A stretch of 64,000 nt of DNA. It comes from Mustelus asterias. Lineage: Eukaryota. The translations under genes and the position numbers were made by a program. The stretch spans positions 48,980,001-49,044,000 of the forward strand of contig NC_135823.1 of the NCBI RefSeq assembly GCF_964213995.1. The letters are read 5' to 3'. This document shows positions 11,846 through 23,350 of this stretch, piece by piece; positions within the stretch are counted from its first letter, which is position 1, and each line of letters begins with the position of its first letter. The notes beneath the pieces are model-generated. The model searched no databases. It had not been told where the DNA came from and was given only the letters and a program-made list of their open reading frames with translations.

Positions 11846-12394
11846 AAAGGTCTTGGTCAAACATGGTGTAGAGGTCCATGTTGTTCTTGGCAATTCTCCT
11901 GGAGTCATCTAACAGTAAACACCACATCAGTGGTTCCTCAACCATTTCTGAAACCATACTGATTCTCTGGCAGCAGATCCTGGTCGAGATGTTGCACTAA
12001 CTCATTCAAAAGAATTCTGGCAAAGATTTTGGAGGGAAGTGAGATTCCTCTGAGATGGTCACAAGATTAGCAAGTTCCTTTCTGCTTGTACAGCTTGACA
12101 TGGGATGTACCTTTGGACTCTTGTGAGATGGTTCCTTGCTGCGACATAGACTTAAAGAATTCAGTGAGATTCCTGATCAGGCATTGACCTCCTGCCTTGT
12201 AGGCCTCAGCTGGGACAACAACATCAACGCCTGGAGTTTTGCCACTGGATAGAGGTTTGATTTTGGTTGTTGTTTCTAATAGTGTGGGAGGATGATCAGG
12301 AGAGAAGTTGATGGCAACCTATGGCAACTTGTTTATTGTTTCTTCATGATGGGGTCGAAGGCCAAATGAGGATTTAGTTCAAGTAATTAGCTCA

Positions 12395-12698
12395 GGCGGC
12401 ATGGTGGCACAGTGGTTAGCACTGCAGTTTCACAGCACCAGGGTCCCAGGTTCAATTCCAGCCTCGGGTGACTGTGTGGAGTTTGCACATTCTCCTCGTG
12501 TCTGCGTGGGTTTCCACTGGGTGCTCCGGTTTCGTCCCATAGTCCGGGTTAGGTTGATTGAGCATGTTAAATTGACCCTAGTGTCAGGGGGATGAGCAGG
12601 GTAAATGAATAGTTACGGGAATAGGGCCCAGGTGGGATTGAGGTTGGTACAGACTCAATGGGCTGAATGGCCTCTTCTGTACTGTAGGGATTCTATGA
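12395..12698 (+). mobile_element. HE1-like V-SINE copy
   Basis: GGCGGCATGGTGGCACAGTGGTTAGC head and GTAGGGATTCTATG tail. Confidence 0.8.
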
Positions 12699-13327
12699 TA
12701 ATCTGCCCAATTTTGCAGAATTTAGGCTTTTTCTGTGAGCAGTGTTGACCCATTGGCACCAAGAATTGCTGATAAACTAGTAGATTGGGGCCTATGGAAG
12801 TAGAATCTAGAAGAAGAGATCTTGATGTTTAAGGTGAGATACGTTAGTCTTGAAGGGGTGCATTGCAAATCTGCCAAAACAACACTGAAGCTTGGAGGTT
12901 TAAAGAACAGTTTAGAAGGTTGAGGTGTGATCTGATTAAAGTGCAAGACAGTTAAAGAAAAACTTTTCCTCTGGTAGGGGAGCAGAACAAGGGGCATAAT
13001 CTTAAAATTAGAGCCAAGTCATGAGTGAAATCAAGAAGGACATTTTTAGAGAGTACTGGAAATCTGAAACCCTCCTCCAAATGGTTGAGAATGTTGGGGG
13101 TCAATTGGAGATTTCCAAGACTAAGATTGTTTTTTTGTTGTTGGATAAAGGGCTATGGATCAGAGGTGATTAAATGTTAAGTGCTAAGCTACAGATCGTC
13201 CATGATCTAACTAAATGGCAGAACAGGTCTAATGGGGTGAATGGCCTCTCCCTGTTCCTAAGTTCTTAAAATCTAGAGGGCTGCTGGAAGCCCTGGGGAG
13301 TTGTGGCCATCAGGGCAACAGCCTTAC

Positions 13328-13495
13328 CTGCACAATGGTGTCTAGGTTCTGTCTTGATGTAGTGGAGGGGCTATTGATGACTGAGGATGGTCCCATTGTT
13401 ACCACGGTGACTTGGTGTGAAGCCGGTGGGGGTGGAGTCTGCACTATGACAGTGGGATGGTGGGTTGACGCTGGGAAGACATGTGCTGGCAGGAG
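13328..13495 (-). CDS. TFAP4: TFAP4 coding exon 6
   Basis: tttag|LLPAHVFPASTHHPTVIVQTPPPPASHQVTVVTMGPSSVINSPSTTSRQNLDTIVQ|gtaagg; 168 nt; AP-4 motifs THHPTVIV and SRQNLDTIVQ. Absent from the ORF track and translated by hand. Confidence 0.95.
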
Positions 13496-13687
13496 CTAAA
13501 AGATAACCAGAGAGGGGAAAAGAAGAAGTTATTATAACAAGTTAACCTGTGTTGCTCACTAACTTCTTATAAGAGCCCACTGCTGACACTGGCTGAAGCC
13601 TCACACAATTGTGTTCTGATTCTAAGAGAGGCATAACGAATTGATGTTACTGCATGCAGTTTGAGCACTAGGGAGGCAAGTGCTGAC

Positions 13688-13831
13688 CTGTGTCATAAGA
13701 TGGGACTCGGGCTCATGCTGCTCCTCCTGTTGAAGGATCTTGGGCTGCTCCTGGTGCCGTTGCTGCAGCTGTACTTGTTGCGCAATAGCCTTTAGTTTTT
13801 CAGGGTAAATGTGGGCGTCCAGCGAGCGAAC
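13688..13831 (-). CDS. TFAP4: TFAP4 coding exon 5
   Basis: gtcag|VRSLDAHIYPEKLKAIAQQVQLQQ...HLMTQ|gtcagc; 144 nt. Confidence 0.95.
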
Positions 13832-14092
13832 CTGACAACAGATGCACCTCATCAGTTTCTGAGGGACAGTGGAGAGCTTTCCGGAGATCAAATTAAAATA
13901 GGCTCTGGAAAAAGCGTGGCCTCCGATCCACTGGGCTCCTGTTTCACATGCAATGCTGAGTCTAGCTGGAAGTACCTGCTGCATTACTATCCCTCCCCAC
14001 CACTCCTAACACAGCTCCTAGCTGCTCGACAATACTTTGCCCAGGTGACAACTGTGTGCCCAGTCAGTGTCTGTGTGCCATTTAGGAATACA

Positions 14093-14827
14093 ATAGTATA
14101 GTGACAATGTAGGAATCCAGAGGCCCAGAATAATGATCTTGTCACATGAATTGAAACCTCACCAAGGCAACTGGGGAATTTCTATTCAGTTCATTAGATA
14201 AATCTGGAACAAAAAGCTAGTATCAGTAGCAGTCACAATGTCACAATGAAACTACCAATTGTCGTAAAAACCCATCTAGTTCACTGACTTCCTTTTGAGG
14301 GAGGAAATCTGTCATCCTTATCTGGCCTACAAGTAACTCCAGTTCCACAGCAATAAGGTTGACTTTTAACTACCCTTTGAAATGGCCCAGTAAGTCACTC
14401 AGTTGTAATCAAGGCGGCAGTTCATAAAATCCCTACATTGCGGAAGGAGGACCATTCGGCCCATCGAGTCTGCACCAGCTCACCGACAGAGCACCTTAGC
14501 CTGACCCACCCCTTGCCCTAGCCCTGTAGCCTCACGCATTTACCCTGCTAATTCCCCAAACGTACACATTTTGGGACACTAAAGGGAGAATTTAGCATGG
14601 CTAATCCATCTAACTTGCACATCTGTGGACTGTGGGAGGAAACCCACGCTGCCACGAGGAGAAAGTGCAAACTCAACACAGACAGTCGCCCAAGGCTGGA
14701 ATCGAACCCACGTCCCTGGCACTGTCAGGCAGCAGTGCTAACCACTGTGCCACTGTGCTGCCCCTTCTCGTGAGCAAAAATCCTTGCACTGCCACTGGTG
14801 CCCATCTTCATGAATGAATGGAATAAA
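14093..14827 (+). mobile_element. LINE-tailed SINE split by a minus-strand HE1-like SINE (about 14426-14762)
   Basis: AAAACCCATCTAGTTCACT..GGAAATCTG core as at 4922-5277; the tail resumes after the inserted V-SINE. Confidence 0.65.
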
Positions 14828-15311
14828 AGGACTATTTTTTATTTATTCATGGGATATGGGCGTCATTGGCTAGGCTAACATTCATTACCCATCCCTAAGA
14901 GAAGGTGGCGATGAACTGCCTTCTTGAACAGTTGCAGTCATTAGGTGTAGGTACACCCATAGTGCTGTTAGGGAAGGAGATCCGGTATTTTGACCTAGCG
15001 ACAGGGAAGGAACGACGACATATTTCCAAGTCAGGGTGGTGAGAGGCTTGGAGGGGAACGTCCAGGTGGTGGCATCACAACCAAACTCCTCACCTAACAT
15101 CCACACACAGACAGATTCCAGAGTAGCTTCCCGGACAGCATTCAAGCACAGAGATCATGTTCCCTTTCTCCCTCATCCGAGTGCTAAAGGTTAGTGTGAT
15201 CAACTGACTCGGCCCCAAGATCAAATCTGGTTCCTTCGGGTGTGCGTGCCTTAGTACTGCACCTGGTGCTGTTTCCATCTGTGAACATGCATCAAAGCAA
15301 ACACCACCAAC

Positions 15312-15482
15312 CTGTTCCTCCAGCATCATCCTGACTGAACGCTCCTTGTCCAACTGCTGTCGCAATTCAATCATTTCCCGCTTTAGGTCATCCAGCTTCT
15401 CATCTTCCCAGACATCAGGGGAGCCAATCCCTTCATCTTTATCCTCTGCACGTCTCCGCTTGGGGGAGGAACCACTGTACTC
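15312..15482 (-). CDS. TFAP4: TFAP4 coding exon 4 (second leucine zipper)
   Basis: ttccag|EYSGSSPKRRRAEDKDEGIGSPDVWEDEKLDDLKREMIELRQQLDKERSVRMMLEEQ|gttggt; 171 nt. Confidence 0.97.
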
Positions 15483-16394
15483 CTGGAAGGCAAAGCTCCG
15501 TTAAACGCAATGACACCTAATCCAAGTGTAATCACAATGGGAGTACTATGCTATTGAATGCGCTGCATTTTAGATGATACGTTAGGCAACTTCTCCCTGT
15601 GGCTTAACCAATATTTATCCTCGATCAACATAACAGAAAACAAGTTATCTGGTCATGTATCTCACTGCTGTTTGTGAGAGATTGCTATGTTTAAATTGGC
15701 TACTGTATCTCTTCATACTCAGTCCTTAAATGCAATCATTGTTAAACACCCACATAGAATATAACTGCTCATCACATGTGCCTGACAACACCCCAGTCAA
15801 GATCAATTGATGTTTATTGCTTGGGGCTATTAAGGCATATGAAGCAAAGACAGAAAAATTGAGTTGGGGAATAAACCAGCCACAATCCAACTAAATGGTG
15901 GAGCAGGCTCAAGAGTTAATGGCCTCCTCCTGTTCCTCTGTAAAGCACTCACTACAAGGATCATTCACTACTCAAACAGGGACATTAAAGTTATGGTCAA
16001 CTATTATTGTTGTACCTGCCAATGTCAGAGGACTATTGATGTGGTAGCCAGTTAAGCAGTCCCACATTGATGGGGCATACCTGTTTTAAAAATGGCAATA
16101 GGTTGTACTATCCCCTCCTTTCCAGCTACTATCCTCTGCCCACCACCTGTTGTCCACAGAGGGCATGTGTCTTCCTTAAAAGAGGCTTCTTTGAAAAGTG
16201 CAATGTGCAGCTCACCACCAGCACCACGAGTTACAAGACCGTAACCAAACTGTACAGTCCCCACCTCAACCTAAACACTGTATTCGTTCAATCTGCCAAG
16301 GCTGCACCCAGCGATGTCCCAGGAAAACAGGCAGCTGCCACTGGCCATTGCACACACCATCCCTTACCCCACCAAGTCCAGGCACTCTGCCCAC

Positions 16395-16493
16395 CTGAAT
16401 AAAACGCTTCAACTGAGAGTTCTGTTGAAGTAGTCGGGTTTTCTCTTGCTCGAGTGAAAAGATATATTCTGCCGTTTGCTGCAAAATGGCTGC
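16395..16493 (-). CDS. TFAP4: TFAP4 coding exon 3 (helix 2 and first zipper)
   Basis: cacag|AAILQQTAEYIFSLEQEKTRLLQQNSQLKRFIQ|gtgggc; 99 nt. Confidence 0.97.
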
Positions 16494-17151
16494 CTGTGAG
16501 GAAGAGAAATAACAGGTGCATGAATTGGGCCTCTCCAATCAGGGTAATATTTAATCACTGAAACTAAATTATCTCCTTCAATTGGAGAAAAATGCAACAT
16601 GAGGGAAGCTGATTATTGGGACTTTCTCCAATTTTGCATTTGTTCAACAGATACAGTAACACTCCATCATTAGCATTGGAAGACTTTCCTCCATCACCCA
16701 ATTGGACGCATTTAATCTCTCACGCTGAAACAGATTGTCCAATTAAACATGATCAACAAATTAATGTCATGGCAAAGGAGTATTGCTTTCCAGTCCTTTT
16801 TTTGTTTCAGTAAGAGACACACAACAGCTATTCTCAATGTATGCGACAAACGATTGAAAGGGATTCGCAATGCCCCTTCTGGAGTGTTTGGAAAATGTCC
16901 CTTTTCAATGTTTGAATCACTGTATTTTTTTTCTGCATTTATATTTGATATAAAAGTGCTTGCAACTTAACTTGGTGTATTTGAATGATAAACTACTTCA
17001 AATTATCAAAAAGAAATAGTTAAAACAAGCCCTCTGCCCCTACCCCTTCCTATTCTAAGTGCTGTAACCCTCTCTCCGATTCGGAGTGGTTTTGTCTCAG
17101 CACCTCAGTCCCCTGCTGGAAACTGTACAAATGGATCAATTGGAGCCTGAC

Positions 17152-17317
17152 CTTGCTGAGTTTCTCGCCATCAGTGTGTGGTATCAGTGTTTTCAGGGAC
17201 TGGAACCCAGCGTTGATGCTTTGCATTCGGCGCCGCTCATTGCTGTTGGCAATTTCTCTCCGTATCCTCCTCTCCTGGTCTCTCTGAGACTCTTGGGTCA
17301 GTGGGATATTAGCCAAG
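17152..17317 (-). CDS. TFAP4: TFAP4 coding exon 2 (basic region and helix 1)
   Basis: ttccag|(S)LANIPLTQESQRDQERRIRREIANSNERRRMQSINAGFQSLKTLIPHTDGEKLSK|gtcagg; 166 nt; phase fits exon 1. Confidence 0.98.
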
Positions 17318-18169
17318 CTGGAATATAATATCAAGACAATCATAACTTTATCCCTCCCACTCACTTTCTAACAATTTCTCTTGCAGGACTTCACCTGAAT
17401 GACCATTATTCAATTGTAAAAACATTTTCGTGGTCTATTTGACTCCACTGGCATGGCCGTCATGTCCAATCCCATTCTCACCTGGTACCCATCTACTCAA
17501 CAGCTTCTATCAGGGGTCACTGGTATGTGACAGACTCCCCATTCCACAACACAAGAGACAATGAATCCAATGTGAGTGGCGTAATCTGCTGTACCAGAAA
17601 GCCTGCTGGTCTGAACCCTCTGCAGGCAATTAACACAGGTTCCCACTTCTTTTCACACTAAGTCTACCACACAAATACCTGCAAAATTTGATTACTGATC
17701 CAGTAATCAAAATGGAACCATACTGGCGAGTAAGATCCAGAGGTGTTAGATAGTTAAACAGACAGAACTTTGCCCACATTTTTGTATCTCCATTATTTTC
17801 TGTACCTACATCGATAATAAAAGTTGCCAGTCAGGTTGTAATGACTGCTTCCTGCCAATTGTGTTGTAGCACAAGGGAGTGCAGTTACAGTGAGACACGT
17901 TTTAGGTGTAGGTACCAGAAATGTAAAACAGGAATTTACAAAGGAAACTATCAACAGGAAGTACATACAGATGCAAAATTTCAATTATGTTGATTTTTTT
18001 AATGCAAAAGGAATGTTAAAAAAAAGCAAAATTGTTCATGCAGCCTGCATCAGAATTTCAACGATAAATTAACAAGTCGTTTTCAATTGCAGAACTTCTT
18101 AACTCAATAATTATTAAACATTTTCTCACTCCAGACAATTTCCTTAGCCTTTTCAGTGCGTGGACATGA

Positions 18170-19520
18170 AGTTGACTGAGTGACAGGATAGTGGTGAATG
18201 GTTGTTTTATAGACTGGAGAAACGAAGAATCAATATTAGGACCACTGCTTTTCTTGATCTATATTAATGACCTATTCAAAATTTACAGATGACACAAAAT
18301 TATATTGTGAACTGCCAGAATAGTCATAGACTTCAAGAAAGCATAGACAGGCTGCTGGCATGGGTGAACATGTGACTGATTAAATTTAACGCAGAGGAGT
18401 GAAGTAATACATTTTGATGGGAAGATGGAGGAGAGGGATTTTAAATTAAAGGGTACAATTTTAAAGGGCATGCAGCAGCAGAGGGACCTTGTGGTATATG
18501 TGGATAAATCATTGAAGATGGCAGGACAGGTTGAGAAAGCAGTTAAGGCGGCATTTGGGTTCCTGGGCTTTATAAATAGAGATAGAGGACGGGGTTTTCA
18601 ATGCAACCCACTGCGAAAGGAGATGGGTCAGCGGCGGGATCTTCTGGTCCCTCCATTTTCAATAGGGTTTCCCATTGAATGCACCCCCCGTTGCTGGGAA
18701 ACCCATGGCCGAGGCGTGCCGTCAGCAGGACCTTCTGGTCCGTCAGCATGGACGGCCAGAAAATCCCTGCGAAAGGGTACAAAAGCAACAAGTTACGAAT
18801 CTTTATAGAACACTGGTTCAGCCTCATTGTGTCCAGTTCTGGGCACCACTTCAGGAAGGATGTGAAAGCACTGGAGAGGGTGCAGAAACGTTTTATTAGA
18901 ATAGTCCTGGGGATGAGAGTCAACCACATTGCTGTGGGCTGGAGTCACATATAGGCTAGACTGCATAGGGATAGCAGATTTCCACCCCCCCTCCCCCCGC
19001 TTAAGGGTATTAGTAAATCAGATGGGTTTTACAACAATCTGATAGTTTCATGGTTATTATTAACGAGATTAACATTTTATTCCAGCTGCTCTGATGGAGC
19101 ATTATTCTGGACCCCTGAAATACGAGTCCAATAATATTATCACTGTTAGGGACAGGTTAGCTCAATTGGTTAGATGGCTACTGTGTAGTTCCAAATAACA
19201 TCAACAATGTGGTTTGATTCCTGTTCCAACTGAGGTAGACTTGGAGTCTCCTCCTCACTGAGAATGGAGGGTAATGACAAAATCTGTCAAGAAAAAGGCT
19301 CAGGATGAAGCTTCAGCAGACAATGAGTCAAGGGACCTGCTTTTGGGCAGAGCACACATCACTCACTCATTAACTATGGTATCATCGTCACCCTCAACCG
19401 CAAGGATAGATTGGAGAAACTGGTGCTGTTACTTTTTATAAGAGAAGAAGGTTTAGAGGAGACTTAATAGGGGCATTTAAAATCATAAGGGTCCAGACAG
19501 GGTGGAAAGGGAGAAACTAG
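18170..19520 (+). mobile_element. CR1 RT fragment with nested MITE-like and SINE inserts
   Basis: NLYRTLVQPHCVQFWAP and KDVKALERVQKRF motifs; GC-rich insert at about 18586-18770; minus-strand SINE at about 18910-19142. Confidence 0.65.
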
Positions 19521-20615
19521 TGAGGTGAGAGTGACTGCCTTTGACATCGGGACATCATTTGACTGAGTGTGGCATCTGGATCTTGAGCATAAGTGAAGCC
19601 AATGGGAATCGGGGAAAACTTAAGTGTTGTAGTCGTACCGAGCATGAAGGATGATAGTTGCGGTTTTTGAAGGTCTATTATCTCAGCCCCAAGACATTGT
19701 TGCAGGAATTCCTCAGGGAAGTGTCCTGGTTGCCACCATCTTTAGCTGTTTCATTCATGACCTTCCCTTCATCATAAGGTCAGAAGTGAAATGCTCACTG
19801 ATATATGCACAATGTTCAACACCATTCACGACTTCTCAGATATTGAAGCAGTCCATGACTATATGCAGCAGGACCTGGACAACTTTCAGGCTTGGGCTGA
19901 CAAGTAACATTCATGTTATACAAGCACCAGGCAATGACCATCTCCAACAAGAGAGAATCTAACCATCTCCCCTTGAAATTCAATGGTATTACTGTCACTA
20001 AATCTCCCATTATCAACATTGTACAGGTTACCATTGACCAGAAATGGAACTGGACCAGCCATTGCAATATTGTGATGCATGAACATGTCAGTGGTTGGGA
20101 ATTCTGCAACCAGTAACTTCCCCAAGCCTGCCCATCATCTGCAAGGCACAAGTCAGGAGCATGAAAGAATACTCTCCATTTGCCTGGATGGGTGCAGCTC
20201 CAACAACACTCAAGAAGCTCGACACCATCCATGACAAAGCAGCCCACTTGATTGACACCCCAAGTGCTACCTTCAACATTTAGTCCTTCCACCACTGATG
20301 CACAGTGGTAGCAGTGTGTACCATCTAATAACTTCTTCAACAGCACCTTCCAAACCCACAACCTCCAGCACTCAGAGGATAAGAGCAGCAGATACATGGG
20401 AACACCACCACCTGCAAGTTCTCCAATCTACACACAGCAGTGCTTTGGAACTAAATGACTATTCTTTCACTGTCACTGGGTGAAAATCCTGGAACTCCCC
20501 AACAGCAGTGTGGGTGCAGCGGTTCAAGCAAGTGGCTCACCACCACCTTCTCAAGAGCAATTAGGGATGGACAACAAATGTTGGCCTAGCCAGTGACATC
20601 CACCTCCCATGAAGT
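19520..20615 (+). mobile_element. CR1-group LINE 3' part (same family as 39.4-42.2 kb)
   Basis: GIPQGSVL..IFSCFIHDLP RT motif; YKAQVR-like region; tail TAGGGATGGACAACAAATG..CCCATGAA. Confidence 0.75.
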
Positions 20616-21789
20616 GGATATTTTTTTAAAACTTCCCATTGATGGAAGGATGGAGAAACAGAGAACATTGATTTGAGATGGTTGGCAATCTGAGGAAAAA
20701 CTTCTTTACACAGCAAATGATTAGAATCTGGAATGCAGTGCCTGAAGTCTAGCAGAGGCAGATTCAATCAAAGCTTTCAAAAAAGAGAACTGGATAATTA
20801 TTTGAAGAAATAAAACGTTCAGGGCTATAGGGCTAAAGTGCTGCACACTGGTACTGGCTGAGCAGCTCTCTCAAACACAATAGACCTAACGGCCGCCCTC
20901 TGTGCAATAACCATTCCATGATATGCAGCAAACAATGTGTGGGTATTGTCAAGTACTGTAAGAACATGTCAGCAATGAACAGAAGTGTCACCATTAATAA
21001 ACAGAGTGAAGATATATACGATAGAAAAAAATCTATATAAATAACTTCCATGGTGCCCATACTCAAGAGTTCAGTGAATACATCTCACCAGAATAGCTCC
21101 CTCCACACTATCCCATCAAACACTCCTGAGGCAGGTACAGAATCAAATAATCCTAGGTCTACTACAGCACGTCTTAAGTATAGCTCCTTTTTATAGTATA
21201 TTGTGGTGTGCATTTGATAACGCTTGTGAATTTATGGGGGGGGGGGGCTTAACGCATATATGAGGGGGGAGGATATAGAGGGGAAAAGAGAGAGATGGCT
21301 TATGAGAACTAGCATTGACCAATTGAGCCAAATAGCCTGTTGCTCTGTTGTGGATTCAGGATGATCAGGTATCAACGGTTGTGAGACCAAATGTGTGAAT
21401 GCTGGTCCCCAGATGAGATTACATCAGTAAATCCAGTAACCTGCATTGACTGTGAACAATCCGTTCCCAATATATTCAACAATGCGAACAGAAAATGTTG
21501 CAAATACATATATAGTATTTACATCACAGGACTGTTCAGCCCAACAGGTCCGTGCTCCACACACAGCTGATCTGGCAGCATCTGCGGTGACAGAAAGAGC
21601 TTCAGGTCGGTGACCTGATGAAAAGTCATTGACCTGAAACTACCTCAGTTTCTCTCTCCTCGGATACTCAGCAGGACTGGCAGTATTTCCGACATTATCT
21701 TGTTTTTATTTAAGATTTCCAACATCCATAGTATTTTGCTTCTGTCCTGGTAAAATCAAAGGTATTTTAAAAGGGACTCAATTTTAGAA

Positions 21790-23350
21790 TAATTTACATA
21801 GGCGTTGAGTGGAGGTCAGGTTGAGCTGGATGAATTTGGTTTTGGGGCAAGGGGGGGTAATCCTTTCTGCAGCGTAAAACTACAACTCCCAGAGTTCCGA
21901 GCAGCCAAGATGGACTACAGCTCCCACGCTGCCGCACGCCCGCTACCTCCAGCTGGGCTGCAGAGGAGCAGGCAGGCCCGAAGCTCTGCACGGCCCCAAC
22001 ACTAGCTGCAGATGGGGGGGGGGGAGGAGATGAGCTGATCAGTGCTTCGCATCGCCCCCGAAGAACCGACATGGGGGAAATCTTTCAGACATTTTGTTTT
22101 TAAAAATCCGACCCGATGGCCCGCAAATTACACCCGGAAAGTAACCACTGGACCCACGTGCGCCCCTGGGGCGAGGAGGAGGGGGGATTGTTTGGACTCC
22201 GATTGAGAGAGGAGAGTGAGAGATGGATCGGTGACCGGGAAGTGGGCGCATCAACACTCCCCCGCCCCCCCCCCCCCGCTACCTAGCTCGGGCAGCGTGG
22301 ATGCAGCGCTTCCCACGTGGGTGTGTTTGGAACCTCCGAATGTATCCATTCCGCTTTGGAACGTTGCCCTGGAGCCGCCGCGTTCCAAACCCCGAATCCA
22401 CGTGGAACCCTTCCTGCAGCCCCATCACTCAGCAACAACACCGCATCCCCCACCTCTCTGTCTCTCCTCCTCCTCCTGGGGCTCTGCAAGCTCCTCCATG
22501 CAGACAGCAGATGGAGCCTTGCTTGTTAGTAGCAAAAGAAAAATGATATATATATATTTCCATATTTATAAATGGGGAGAGAAAAGTACACACCTACAGA
22601 GACCTCCTATCACTTCTTTCTCACTCTTCCTGAATTCCTGGAATGACGGTACCTTTTGAGTCGGCACCACGAAATATTCCATGTCTTGCACCTGGAGAAA
22701 AGAATTGTCCAGAAATAATAATTGTGTTAAATAAAAGGCTGGCTGAGTGCAGGTTCTGTGTGTGTGTTTCCAGCTGATCGCTCTATCAGATGGTTGTAAA
22801 TGGCGGGAAACAGCTGGTGCTTTCGCAGCACCGCCGCCTCCTTCCGCCGGGACCGGGATTGCATGTAAACAAAGGACTATTCCCCCCGGTCCTCTCGCCA
22901 AGCTCCCGGACAGACTGCAGCCAGGTTACCGGTTCGCTTCTCAAAAAAGGGGCTTCGTCGCAAAGTGGGAAGAGGGGGCACACTTGGGGTGAAAGGGGAA
23001 AAGAGGAAATGGGCAATGATCAGTTAGAGAAGGGGGATGTTTCTGCATACGCCACTACGTGTGTGTGTGTGTGGGGTGAAGCGGCTCATCAGCTGACGGG
23101 CTGGCAAAAGCTGAGAGGAAAAGCAACAGCTTCTGTGACATTGGAGCAGCTGAGAACACAGAGAGGCGCAAATACAACCCCACCCGCCCACTTACTCCGA
23201 CTCTGCTTTAAAGAGACACATCCTTTTGCATATTTAAAGCAACATTCGGCGTTAAAAAGTACTGCGGAGAAAGCGTCGATCGTAGTAAGAGGGGAAGGAA
23301 CTGCTGGGGATTTCCGTGAAGTGCAACAAGCTGGAGGATCTCAATATTAA
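21790..23350. promoter_or_regulatory. TFAP4: TFAP4 CpG island (promoter, exon 1 and start of intron 1)
   Basis: Visibly CpG- and GC-rich against an AT-rich background; CACGTG x3, CAGCTG x5, E2F-like TGGCGGGAAA (22801-22810) and ACTACAnnTCCCA x2. Confidence 0.8.
22594..22682 (-). CDS. TFAP4: TFAP4 coding exon 1
   Basis: MEYFVVPTQKVPSFQEFRKSEKEVIGGLC+AG|gtgtgt; 89 nt. The seven exons sum to 1014 nt, or 337 aa plus stop. Confidence 0.97.

Larger units (their letters stand above)
9010..12900 (-). mobile_element. Degenerate RTE-clade LINE, interrupted by a solo LTR, a Rex1/Babar end and two SINEs
   Basis: RIAKASVAFGRL motif (ORF 10541-10813) typical of RTE ORFs; the host sequence resumes on both sides of each nested insert. 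Confidence 0.7.

Noticed and set aside
19148-19240. tRNA-like sequence (TAGCTCAATTGGTTAGA..GGTTTGATTCC)
   Set aside because: No cloverleaf acceptor stem and it continues into repeat sequence, so it is better explained as a SINE head; the same applies to the other SINE heads.
22790-23350. 186-aa plus-strand ORF at the TFAP4 promoter
   Set aside because: GC-rich island ORF with a non-ATG start and no recognisable homology.
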